Part shown: piece after piece, positions 1 through 12,094 of the stretch | How the letters are laid out: each line of letters starts with the position of its first letter | Position numbering within the stretch: position 1 is the stretch's first letter | Source: Botryllus schlosseri | Taxonomy: Eukaryota | NCBI GenBank assembly: GCA_051294905.1 | Contig: CM119372.1 | Coordinates: forward strand, 39,868,001-39,932,000 | Length of the DNA: 64,000 nt | Direction: 5' to 3' | Made by a program: the position numbers and the translations under genes | Notes under the pieces: model-generated | Told to the model about the DNA's origin: nothing | The model's input: the letters and a program-made list of their open reading frames with translations, nothing else | Databases searched by the model: none

Positions 1-1356
1 AAAGGTTCGTTGATATGCTTCGACACTAAGGGCGTCTTAAAGCATAGTGTCCTATATGGCGTGGACACAAGCAAATCACACGGCTTAGTGAAATTGGTCT
101 ACGTCACACTTTCCATTTGGCTAAAGGCAATTTGACGGTGATTTCTGACCGGCTTGCCGAGCATTAAATTTGATAAAACGGGTATCAATCGAAAGCTGCC
201 GCTGCATTGATTACGAAAATATAAATTTTATTCCGCTCAGGGCCCTGGAACCCCCACAAGCAGCCTCAACTTTTGTATTGTTATGGAGATTGGCATTGAG
301 AGGCGGCAATAATGTCTGGCTAAACGAGTGCGCAGCTCAAGAGCAACGGAGCGGCTGCCCATCGAGAGTGAAAGTGCTCAGCTAGCGTCGCGGCAATGAG
401 CTTGTGTTTCGAAGTGCAATCGCGTCGCAGAGAAATTTTGCGCTGTTGATACTATTTATAGGCGCTTCGGCAGAAGCCCGCACACATTACCAGCCTTTCC
501 TAGATGCCTAGAAGTGGCTCGTGCTACAAGTCGGCTGTGACGGAATAAAAGTGAACAATATTACCCTGGTGTAAATGACCATAGTAGTCGACAAACACCA
601 TGAATAACACAAACAAAAAAGTATATAGGATCTGATTCAATACGTGCAACATAATACAGCGACTTCTATGTACAATATACAGTTAAGTGAAACTTCCATT
701 CTTTATTTCGTAGCCGCATAAAAAGTACGTATTTAGGCATTTCCAGTTTGACAACTAAAAAATCTCCATCTTTTCCTAATTTGATTAGAAGTAAAATTAT
801 ATCTTTGCCGTTTTTCCAAATTATTTAGAATTACTGAAGTCGCAAAAAAATTGGAAATTAAATTAAAGTAAAGTAAATTATTTAGTTCGTATTAAGTCAG
901 GGTTTATTCTCATAAACAGAAGAAGGCCAAATGTCTGTACACCATTGTGCAGTTCTCTTGTAGCATTTCCAGGGATGCCGAAGTACAAGTTAATTTACAT
1001 CGCTACATTCCAATGTATTACAACGAAAAATAAAGTATACGAATATGGCTCTTCCGGCGGATACGTCTCCCTACCCCTACTCTAAGATTAAGGATACCGA
1101 ATGCCAGAAACCAATTCCTATCAGTTTAGAATGAAATTACGCATTTACTGCCTCGGGATGGGCCATTCAAATGAATATTAGTGTTTGGCGATGCTTAGAC
1201 TTTCGACTGCAGAACAGGCCACCCATACCCTCAACCGCTAACAAACGACAATTCATCTTCACCACATCAAAAGCGTGCCAGCGCGTGCCTTCACATTTTC
1301 AAGAATCCAATACCCAGAACTATAAACCCCTTATCGTAATCCGTCATTAATTATAG

Positions 1357-1514
1357 GTAGTCGCCAACAATATGCGCAAAAAGTGCTCGTGCCACGGCAT
1401 GTCGGGGTCGTGCAGCATTGAGACTTGCTGGCAGGAAGCCCCGGAAATACACAAGGTCGGAAATACGCTGAAGAAGCTCTACACGGCCGCCGCGAAAATG
1501 CCACACGACAACAG
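1357..1514 (+). CDS. WNT10: Wnt10-like ligand, penultimate coding exon (upstream exons lie outside the window)
   Basis: Acceptor ttatag|, translation VVANNMRKKCSCHGMSGSCSIETCWQEAPEIHKVGNTLKKLYTAAAKMPHDN(R), donor ag|gttggg (phase 2). It contains the Wnt C-x-CHGxSGSC lipidation motif. NMRKKC, TCWQxxPE and PHxNR resemble Wnt10a/b. Confidence 0.9.
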
Positions 1515-2282
1515 GTTGGGATGATTGATATGTGCTTTGGTACTATTTAGCGTCATACACTCTTAGCGGAAACAGCGCGTATTAACACCCAAAGGTGTCG
1601 AGCGAAGTCGCAACCTAGCTCAGAATTATACCGTTGTTTAATCAAACACAACATGTTAATTCAAATGATACTTGACCAATTAGAATCAGCGCAAATGACG
1701 TACAAACAAACTTAGGCGCATACTGACGTAGGAAAGTATGCATGAGATCATGATTAACAAAATACTTCTACTTTTCGAAGTACTTCAATTAGATTTTGCC
1801 TACTTGCATTACTTGACAGTTTTCTATTCTTTGGCTAAACTAGACCACCTAAAATATGTTCTCTTTACTTACTTCTAAATCGTTGATGATTTATAAAAAA
1901 ATGCAATTACAGCAATAATCCACATCTTGATTTTTACAAGACCAAGAAACCAGCAATTAAGACATTGTTAAAGCAAAAACGAGTTCAACCATCACAGTAT
2001 ACTGAATATCGGAAATCTAATTAGTGTACTATCGTTTTATCCTGTAATTATATCATTGTATCGTACTAACAATCGGTCACTGTACAAACCAGCTTCGTTA
2101 ATTATCATTTCAAAACAAAATATTTCCTAATTTTTCGAAAAAAATTGGTTGAGACAAATAGAGGTTCATTCATTTTCCATATTTTATAAGGGGGACGCTA
2201 TGTAAAAAGCGAACCCCTGGTTTATACTTTGCTCTGTATATCGCATTTCAGTCAAATGTATTTCTATTATGTGTGTTATATG

Positions 2283-4429
2283 TAGAGGTGGTCAAAGTAG
2301 TCAAGAAAGCTACTCAAGTAAAAGTAGAAGTAGCTACGAAAAAATCTACTCAAGTACGAGTAAAAGTACTTCTTCCATAATCAACCTAAAACTACTTGAA
2401 GTAGAAGTAGAATTGACCGACTTTAAATCTACTCAAGTAAGTAAGTAGTGGTGGAAGCGATCGTAATTCGTTCGCATGGATTGTCAAAGGCGCAAATTGA
2501 TCTATGAGAAAGGTCCAGAGCTTGATTCATATTGATGCATACCAGGAGGTATCCAATTTTCGACAGCCTAAGCATTCGTCCGCATCATGGGATGAAAATG
2601 ATAGTAATGATATGGAAATGTGATACCCGAACAGCACGTTTTAGAAAAATCATGGTATGGCGCACTCCCCCATATTATAAGGTCTGTAGTAGGGATGGTG
2701 TGAACCTCTGAAAGGTTCGGGTTCGTGTGAACGCGAACCTTTTTGAAAGGTTCTGTGTGAACCCGAACGTGAACCTCGTGACGTCATATTGCTAATCCAA
2801 CCCTACATTTCAGTGAATTGATAACCTTGCAATACCTAGTGACGATTCGGGCCACATATTGCCACAATGCTGAAATACCTATTGATGTTTTAAACGTCTA
2901 CATCTGTATCAACTGGGGCAATCAATTGATGTAATCATCCCAGAAAATCAATATCTTGCGTCGTTTTGCCACTATTTCGACAAGAACTTGCAAGGGAATA
3001 TAAGCTTTCGCCTTAATGGTCAAGGTCAGACCGGACAATGTATTCGGCGTCCCGAGTATTGCTAAGTTGATATTGAGCAGAGTGTAAAACGGGTTTCCCT
3101 ACTTGCTACCGATATTACCCCTTTAACAAGTTATACAGCAGTAGCCAACACCCCAATCCACGGAGTTGGTTTTTATGATACAATAAATATATGAAATCGA
3201 GATTGACCCCGTACGCCTGCTAGATTTTTTACATCAGACAACGATATCAATTTCATTGATTGGTTGGATAAGAGTCATTCGCTGACACTAAATATTCGCA
3301 AACAGAAAGCTGGATATTTCGAGCAAACAATTGTAACAAAGCAAGTAAAATGTTTGAGATTGTCAAGGTGCATGCTCTTTTAGTGCTGATTTTTTTGCTG
3401 CCAGCGCAATGCTATAAATTTCAACCAAAGATCTTATAATGAAGTGAAAATTGTAATATATGAAAAAGGTTCACAGTGCAGAACCTACCAAGGTTCGTTT
3501 GTGAACGTGAACCTCTAAATATCTGAGGTTCACACACAGAACGCGAACGTGAACCTCACGTTCACACCATCCCTAGTCTGTAGTTTAGTCGAAGAGCAAT
3601 ACGGAGATGTTGTATTGGATACGGTGTAAACACTTTGTCCGATTATAGTGGACCGTAAAAATGCTATATTGTGTAGATTTATTTCTGGAAATGGAAGGCA
3701 TTACTACACTTGCTTTTATACGTCAACATATATGTTATCCACACAAAAAAATCTGATAGTAATTAGAACTCAAAGTATATGATACTGGGAATTAAAACTG
3801 AAATATAAATCTAAAAGCGGAACATGTATTTAATGTCTTTATTCCAGCAAGTTTCGAAGGTTGGTATGGTTAAACAGCTCCAAAAATAAAATAAAAAAGT
3901 CAGAGTCCACTTTTTCAGATTAGGACACGCCATGGACAGCTAGATTACGATATGATAAGTAAATGCTAGGTTGCGAAACATCAGTTTCAAACGTTATGAT
4001 GAGCCATATGTACTGTGATGAAATATTTGATATGGCGAAGGGCGACAATGTGGTGTGAACGGAACTACGCAACCCGCTACCTACATTATATTAACCAATA
4101 GTTTCGTGAAATCATAATGGATACTGCGCATTCACTGCGCACGAAGCGCGTCGAAAATTCTGAGCTTAACTCGACTTTTATGAAAATTAAATGTCGATAC
4201 TCCGTGAAAAAAAGCCCCGGAATTCCTCAGGCTATCTTTCTGATTGGAGGATTAAACTACTTCCACTTGATAAACTGAAAATAGCGAAAAGTAAGTAGAT
4301 CACAAAATATTACGAAGTAGAAGTAGAAGTAGCGAAAATCAGATCTCCTTGAGTAAGTACAAAAAGTAGAGGAAAACTACTTGAGTATACTTCGAAACAG
4401 TAGAAGTACTTCATTACTAACCAGCTCTG
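2283..4429. mobile_element. hAT-type non-autonomous element (AGTAG/CTACT-rich family) in the Wnt intron, hosting a nested MITE
   Basis: Ends (t/c)agaggtggtc ... accagctctg; flanks gttatatg/gttatatc (7/8 TSD). Same family as 10502-10732. Confidence 0.75.
2690..3575. mobile_element. hAT MITE (TAGGGATGGTGTGAAC family)
   Basis: Terminal inverted repeat (TIR) tagggatggtgtgaac...gttcacaccatcccta; perfect 8-bp TSD gtctgtag; subterminal GTGAAC/GTTCAC repeats. Confidence 0.9.
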
Positions 4430-4479
4430 GTTATATCGAGATCTTCTTGGATGCACATAACTTAAACATGCAATTGAAT

Positions 4480-4670
4480 TGTGTATTCATATTGAAATAA
4501 GCCCGAATATTTTTGGCTGACACTCGTCAGGGATTATAATCAGCAGCTAGTTGATAGTTGGAAGGAACACGGGTGATACGATTATCGATATACAAAGTTC
4601 TTGCCAATTTTACTAGCTGCTAGCCATTGCTTCTGACGAGTGTCAGCTGAACATATTCGGTTCATTTCTG
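4480..4670. repeat. Short fold-back repeat/MITE remnant
   Basis: ccgaatatttttggctgacactcgtcag and its inverse ctgacgagtgtcagctgaacatattcgg; a related half-copy lies at about 57090-57150. Confidence 0.55.
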
Positions 4671-4777
4671 TCTGTATATACTGTTCAAATACATCTTTTT
4701 GATTCACACGGTGAACTATTAAAGATTCTCGTTTTCTCCGATTTCAATTTCAAAATTGCTACTTTTTTCTTTTGAAG

Positions 4778-5156
4778 GGTACGTCAAAACTCCATCCAAA
4801 TCGAGAACACCATTCGCAACATCGGCAATTCAATTCATCGCAACAGTCGGAATCGGCGAGTCCGAGGCCTTGGCCGTCGCTTTGGCGTTGGTCTCACCAG
4901 CTTGGTGTACTGGAACGAATCGCCGGACTACTGCAGGATCGAACCATCCATAAACTTCTACGGCACCAAAGGAAGACAGTGCAGTAGGCAGGGAGGGGTG
5001 AAAAAACTAGGCTCCTGTGCCAACCTGTGTTGCAACCGCGGTCACAGGACATTCAAAGAGACCAGGGTGGAGCAATGCAACTGTAAATTCCATTGGTGCT
5101 GCCGCGTGGAGTGCGCCTCGTGTACAAAAGTCGAAAAAATGTCGGTTTGCAGATAG
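4778..5156 (+). CDS. WNT10: Wnt10-like ligand, terminal coding exon
   Basis: Polypyrimidine tract and aag| acceptor whose phase matches the previous exon. Encodes ...LVYWNESPDYC...CANLCCNRGH...EQCNCKFHWCCRVECASCTKVEKMSVCR* (stop TAG 5154-5156). The Wnt family call is secure; the Wnt10 subfamily call rests on motif resemblance. Confidence 0.92.
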
Positions 5157-6075
5157 TTTTCCACACGGAAAAATAAAAAAAAATCCAAACCGAAATAATC
5201 GTATAAATATGCCTCGCATCGGTAGAGGAGGCTGATCTGGGCACGGTCTGCAGTCCTTCCGAGCCATTTCCGCCACCATCAAGTCTCGAAGACGCTTTGG
5301 AAAGAGTATAGACTGTGTATCCACGACAAAACTCCATGCCTGAACACTCGGGACTATTTTTACTAATCTAACGTGATAGAGATAATGTCTTGGCTATTGC
5401 TTCCAGCAAAAGAAGTATTTTTATACAATCTCTTTCGTATTGGAGGGGTTATAAATTCGACACTGTCAGGAAACTTGTTCAGCGCAATTGATAGCATCCA
5501 GTTGGATACATGCATTGCTCAGTATGTCTGTGCACAATGATTCCAGTACTCGAATCTCAATCGAGTATTCATTTTCATAATTCGAGTCGAATGGTGAGAT
5601 AATCAATAGCTGCAATCGCAACCGGTAAATCGCTTCTAAATTTATTAAATTAAATGAATTGCAAATGTATGACTTAAGATAAAGTGATGGACTTTTCTGA
5701 ATATTTCTGAAACAGTTCGGGTATGGCAACTGTCATCGTTTAACAATGATCCATTATCTTATAAATCTATTGTGTAGGATGGTGAAATATTGTTTTTTAG
5801 TTTTATTTATACATAAATAAATATGAATTGGTGGGATATTTCAACTGTCTCTAACACCGTCTACATTTTATTGTCGTCTCTCGGAAGTACAGAGAACGCT
5901 TGTATTGAATAAAGAATTCACGAAGGAAGTAAAATACCTCGTTCAAAAATTGGATTTACTAGTATGGACGCAATATTGATCGAAATGAGCACGAATTTAC
6001 ACTGCTATTTTTTGTATATCCAAGAAGTAGCAAGCGCTAATGGCAATCGGTTGTGGAAAGTTTCGGGGTGGACAC

Positions 6076-6650
6076 TAGGGCTGTTCAAAAATAACATTTT
6101 GTTCGGGATTCCGGGGATTTATTGATTAAATTGTTAGGTTGCCTAAAAAACGCTGCACGCCAAACTTGGCTCAGTTCCAACCAATAGAAGCCGACGCAGA
6201 GACGATTGAAATATTTGAATATTTTTCAAATTTTATTCTCAACCCCGTGAAATTGTTGAGTTGTCTACAGAAACGATGCAAAACAAATTTGATGCAATAC
6301 CGACCAGTAGAAGCGAATTTATTTGAGTTTTTCAATAATAATTCTGACACCATACGCACCATCAATGCTATTTTGCATATCCATAACTTTCAACTGCAAT
6401 AACTTCGCTTCTGCCGGTAGGAAGTAGGCAAAAATTGGTATGTATTGCTCTACAGGCAACTTAACAATCCCATGGGGTTGACAGTAGAATTGGAAAATAA
6501 ATTAATAAATTCAAAAACTTTAATTTGCTCTGCGCCGGCTTCTACTGGTTGAAATCGAGTTAAATTTGGTATGCAGCGTTTTTTGGCATCCTTACAATTT
6601 GGTCAGTGAATCCCTGGAATCCTGAAGAATAGTTATTTTTAACAACCCTA
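6076..6650. mobile_element. Fold-back hAT MITE (TAGGGxTGTTCAAAA family), older copy
   Basis: tagggctgttcaaaaataac...gttatttttaacaacccta with long imperfect arms; flanks gtggacac/gtaggcac (6/8). Related to 57558-58164. Confidence 0.7.
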
Positions 6651-7906
6651 GTAGGCACGCATGTAGCGTTATGGTCATGTTTTGGTTGAGGTTAAATGTG
6701 TGTGATAAAATTAGAGAGTCTTACGACGTTTCCCCTCCATCGGTAGATTTCCTGCATGCTGATTTTTGCTGTTGTTTCCGAGCAATTTAACTTCTCGTTT
6801 AAATTGCAGATTGTAAATTGAAAGAGCAATTGTATGAATTGGTCATTCACTTTTCGTTCTTGATTCTTGTTCTGTTTATGAAGTAATTTCTGAATGTATC
6901 GCTATTCTGACGTCTATATAATAAATCGATATTTGTTTCTTTCGTAGTGAGCTGTGTTAAAGCAATGAACTGGGCATAGATATTAATGCATTATTCAGGC
7001 ATAAGAAAACGGCAGAGGATCTGCAATTGTGGACCATGTAACATGTGAACTGGTAGGATTTTGGCGGGCCGATAAAACATAAATTACTAGTATTTGAAAG
7101 TGATACCACTTATATTTTGCTCACTGAAATCCTTAACTAGTACTTGCATCTTGCAAGTGAATACATTGATAACAGCTCCATAGCGACTTTCGGCGGTCAT
7201 ATATCTTTTCCTAATGCTATTTCAGGCAATAAAGATTTTAGAAAGTTTCAAACTTAGTGACATTTTAGTAAAGTCTGCAATTACTTGGCTACATCCTCGT
7301 TACCATGTCCGCCTAACTCTAATTTGACTACGCAAGCGAGAAAGAAATCTGGTTCAGGTAGCTTGGCTTCGATTCCGTGTCAGAGGTTATTCTGGGCTCC
7401 TCTTTCCCGCGTCGCGATGAAAAGAGCACACTCACAAAGAATGGAAAGAGCAAGAAATAGCCGCGGAATAACGACTAACCTCGAAAAATGAACTCTAAAA
7501 TCGGGCACTAGGCCGAGGTGGATGCCAGAGACCGCTACTGCAACCATAACTGGTCGTTCGGCATTCTCCTATCTGTTCATTACGTCGTATTGTGTCTTAT
7601 CGCATTGAGTGTGTTTATATACTATAGTTCACATGAAAATATATTCTGATGAAAATTGATTTAATATTGATTTTTATTACAATTTCATCATTTAAAGAGC
7701 TTCCTTGGAGGTACAGAACTTCAATACCTATACTATTCAATTTCATCATTTCAAATCCCCGCAATACACTGAAAAGATAGGAAAGAGTCAGCATATCGAC
7801 TTAGAGTAGTCTTTCAATGGCGGACCTGCTTTGGTCTGGAACTCAATGAAAAGTGACAAAAGATAACAAAAAGTACATGAGATGAAAATGAATTGGTATG
7901 TGTAGG

Positions 7907-8837
7907 CAGTGGCGTAGCAGCCACTTGGCGGTTCTGGCTCTGCGCCAGGGGCGGCAGGCTCCAGGGGGCGGCAAATGAGGCAGCACAGTGTACACAGCCG
8001 GTTAAAAGCAGCGTAATTGGTAGTCCTATAGCTGGCGTCCCGTGAGCTAAAATGTAATCAAACTGTTCTCAATCGAAAGCTAGTGTCGCGCTGATTCCGA
8101 ATATGTTAACATAGCAATGGAACCATTCCAAAATAGCCGGCAAGGCCGATTGTTCCTAACAATCGGAGTGCCGCAACACGATGACCAATTGACCATGATA
8201 ATGGAAATTATATCGAGCGATTATTCGGAACAATGCCGATTTTCTGACCAATATTTAAATTGTATTTCCGGAATCAAGGCCACAATAGCTTGCGATTGAA
8301 AACAGTTTGATTACATCTTATATTTCGTATAGGCCCCGCTTTCGATTAAGATCAGTATTGTTAAATTTGAGCGCACGGAGGGCCTGGCCAACTATAGGAT
8401 GGCCATGGCCATGACCAATTATGCTGTTCTTAGTTGTCTCGGCAGAAGGCTTGTCCGGGAATTCAAGTGTGACAATAAGTTGCCCATATATCCATAGGTT
8501 AGTGATCTATACTCTGGGTCACGATTTGTACAGCGCTCAGACCGAGATATAGCAATGAAGGTAAACTGGTCCTAGGAACTGTTTAAGTTGGTAATAATTG
8601 CCCGATTGACAGATTGACAAAAATGCATTCGTTCGCTATTTCTTGTCTTTAATATTTTTGGCCTTTAACGTTGGGACGGTGAGGCTGAGACGCGTTGTAT
8701 TATTTGTAATAATTTTCATTGAAAAGATTGCCTGAGCATGAATCTATGTCGAAATTTGCTGCGGTTTACTTACGGGGGGGGGCGGCATTTCAAGCGAGAG
8801 CCAAGGGCGGCCGCACATACCTACTGCTACGCCAGTG
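7907..8837. mobile_element. hAT MITE (CAGTGGCGTAGC family)
   Basis: TIR cagtggcgtagcag...ctgctacgccagtg; perfect TSD tgtgtagg; an empty-site paralog is present at about 9256-9302. Confidence 0.88.
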
Positions 8838-8867
8838 TGTGTAGGTAGATACCGCGTTTGATCTTGC

Positions 8868-8935
8868 GGCGAGATAGTGTAATGGTATAATCCACAGCTG
8901 CAAAACCAATGTGTTGCGGGTTTGAGTCCGACCAA
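8868..8935 (+). pseudogene. tRNA-derived sequence (SINE head or pseudo-tRNA)
   Basis: A-box-like tagtgtaatggt, ctgcaaa anticodon-like loop and B-box-like ggtttgagtcc; stems pair poorly. Confidence 0.45.
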
Positions 8936-10501
8936 TGTCAATTCCAGAATTCCTACCAAGTGTTGAAGGTTTATCTAGGTTCCTCCTCGCCATCTCATCC
9001 GCGTAACCGGTGTCTTACAAAAAGCCTAGAAGTGGGCCGTGCTACAAGTCGGCAGTTACGGAATAAAAATGAAGAATATCGGCCTGGTATAAAGGACCAT
9101 AGTAGTCGACAAACACTATGAATAACATAAAGCAAATAATAATACGCGTTCGATCGCGGTCCGGTCATTTACTCGTGCACTGTCATTCATTAGCATCGCC
9201 CAGTAGTGTCTAAAATCCGTAGAAAGGATGACTTTGGGGTTACATTCAATCACGAAGTACATGAGATGAAAATGAATTGGTATGTGTCGGTAGATACCGC
9301 GTTCGATTGATGAATTCCGATACCAATAAGTGTTGGAGGTTTACGTAGGCTCCTCCTCGCCACCTCATCCGCGTGGGCGGTGTTGGCCACCCCTGTTCTA
9401 GCGCATATAGTCGTTACTTTAAATAGGGAGGGGACGTTTATATATTGTTCCTAGATCTATTTCCTCTAAAAACTCTTCGCAAACGTAAATCGAGAAATTC
9501 ACCAATGCCGCCAAAATAGCTGTTTTAAACTGCAAACAATTGCCGCGATGCGAGCTACTCAACGCTAAGCCAGAAACCGCAAGAAACAATTACTGATTGA
9601 CTGCGCTATTTCACGTTTGTAATCATCATTATTGTCTGCTTGAAACCTCATATTTCGAGAGTTGTGTATTACTTGTGAGCTTGCCAGACCAGTGTATTTC
9701 GTTAATCAAATGGCGCATTGCGTCCGACTGGATGCAACTCCAAATTCTCAGTGATGTAAATTCTGATTTTTGTTCGATGCTTTCCGTCTGACGGACTGGT
9801 AGCGCAGTTACACTTTCGAATGATCTTACCATTTTAAGATTCCATTTAATAACTAGACTGCATTGTTTAATATTACCGAGTGCAGAGCCGGTATTAAAAC
9901 GTCACACGAATGGTTTAACGCAGCACCGGCGGCATGTAGTGCGATGTGCGATGATGACGTCAGAAGACTTGACCACCTCGTAAAAAAATAAAAGGCAATG
10001 CCTATGAGTAATGTAATTATATAAGCGGATCAAATGTGTTGCTTGAAAGGGAATATTGATTTACTATTCCTGATGCCAACGCGTCTAAAAATCGTTTTAG
10101 AAGCTTGCAAAAGGATTCATGGGACGAATGAAAAAGATTATATTCATGTTATCAGGGAAGCACTGCGGCACTTCCCAAGCCGGAAAGAGGGATGCCGATG
10201 GAAGGTAGGATTTCTTCGTATGCACATTGAAACACTTGATATCATAGGCTATTATAGGACTTCATGGGACGATGATTGCACAGTCACACATCAACGACTG
10301 ACTGACTATATAGTAAGCTATTCTGTGTATATATGCTTATGACATAACATTATAAATCTTCGTTGTGGGGTTGTAATATTAAAATCTTCTGGCGGAATAA
10401 TTCAGATTGGATTATATATTAGCTGTGGCTGCTCCGTAAGTGGTAGTTTATGAAAAGATCGGACCAGGTTACTAGGGTGTTGTATGGTCCATGGTCGTAT
10501 T

Positions 10502-10732
10502 CAGAGGTGGTCAGTAACGAAGTACTTCTACGTTTTGAAGTACTTGAAGTAGATTTTGCCTACTCAAACTACTTTTTAAGTAGTTATGATTTTAGACTAC
10601 TTCTACTTCTACTTGACAGTTTACAGTTTTGTAGGCAAAAATAAGCGTAGAATGCCTACTTACTTACTTACTTGTGAACCAGCACTCCTACTTCTACTTG
10701 AGTAGCGACGGTGACTACTTTGACCACCTCTG
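10502..10732. mobile_element. 231-bp hAT MITE
   Basis: TIR cagaggtggtca...tgaccacctctg; perfect TSD gtcgtatt. Confidence 0.9.
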
Positions 10733-10904
10733 GTCGTATTGCGACTGCGACTTAAGAAACGGATACGTCTAACTAACATGACATCGTCCAAATTTACTGC
10801 CGGAAAATTTAATATGTTTATCACGTGACATGGAAGTACAGTAGTACAGACGCACAAGAGAGTAACTTGTCAAACAGTCGATCATTATGTGCAAAGATCT
10901 ATAA

Positions 10905-11731
10905 CACTGGTCGACAAATTTCGGTAAAATTTTTGCACCAAAAATTTTAATGATTGATTTAGGCTAATTTAAGGCTAATCCGATTCTATGCTCAGAATTT
11001 CTTCATCACGTCAGATTTTTTTCCGCATGAATATTTTCATTTTTATTGAATTAATGAAATTTCGGCTTTCCGTAGTGAAATCACGGTAACCATACAACAA
11101 CAACAGATCAAATATTGTTATTGAAATCGTCTGTCATGAGACCTGAGTTGTTGTAGTACAGAATGGGTGAGTTTTCGGTGAACTCGAATACAGTGATTCT
11201 CTATCTTCGTTCAATTAGAAGGTGTTTCCGGGGGAGGGTGGTCGCATACTTTCAACAGCTAGTCGGAGGTAGCTACATACGAAATCGCAAGATGTATCGA
11301 CGCATATAACGCGAAATGACTATAATTACACCACCCATGGGTAGAATCTTCGAAAAAATATATTCAGTTATCATGATTCAGAAGCTATTTTACGCATTCC
11401 TGATGACACTTCAACTCATGATGGTGGTACAATATTATCCCTGAACTATACTTTCTGCTTTACAAAAACAAAATTGCAAATGTAATTAGTTCATCCAGAA
11501 TGCTGTTCAGGTAGATGTCGAAGTAGTTGTAAAACATCACCACTTCAATAAGTACTGAAAGTAGCCAAAATCTACTTGAGTACCTCGAAAAAGTAGAAAT
11601 ATTCAACCTATATAACATCTCAAAACGTGACGTGATGAAGCGAAAATTATCGCCAGATTCGTATTCAGTGCCCCCAAATTAAGCATAATTGACCCTAAAA
11701 AGTTCTGGCGCAAAAATTGTGTAGATCAGCG
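10905..11731. mobile_element. TIR element with TAA flanks, Chapaev3-like MITE
   Basis: taa|cactggtcgaca...tgtagatcagcg|taa, with about 130 bp of imperfect inverted arms (tttttgcacca/tggcgcaaaaa; ttcatcacgtca/tgacgtgatgaa). CAC ends with a TWA TSD are typical of Chapaev3. Confidence 0.55.
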
Positions 11732-12094
11732 TAATCATTTAACGAGAGGCATCCAAAATAGCCTGTTTTGTGATATAATCCATTTGGCTATTGCACAGTA
11801 TTGATGTTAATGATATCAATCAGCTTTTGATGTGTCATTAGCGCTGTAGCAAATGCTTCACAGTCTGAACATTAGTATAGCGTGGAGAGGGACAAAGGCG
11901 TCATTTGTGTGTTCCCGAGATCAGGTATGACGCTAGTGTTGATAGCCCTGTCGAGCGTTAAAAGTACGTTGCACCGAGTCGACAACACAGGGTCTTTTTA
12001 CATTCTCGCCACGTCGTAATAAAGACAGTCTCGCAGAGCGTTAGAAGTACGTTGAAAAGAGTCGACAGGCAGGGTCTTCTTATATTCCCACCAC

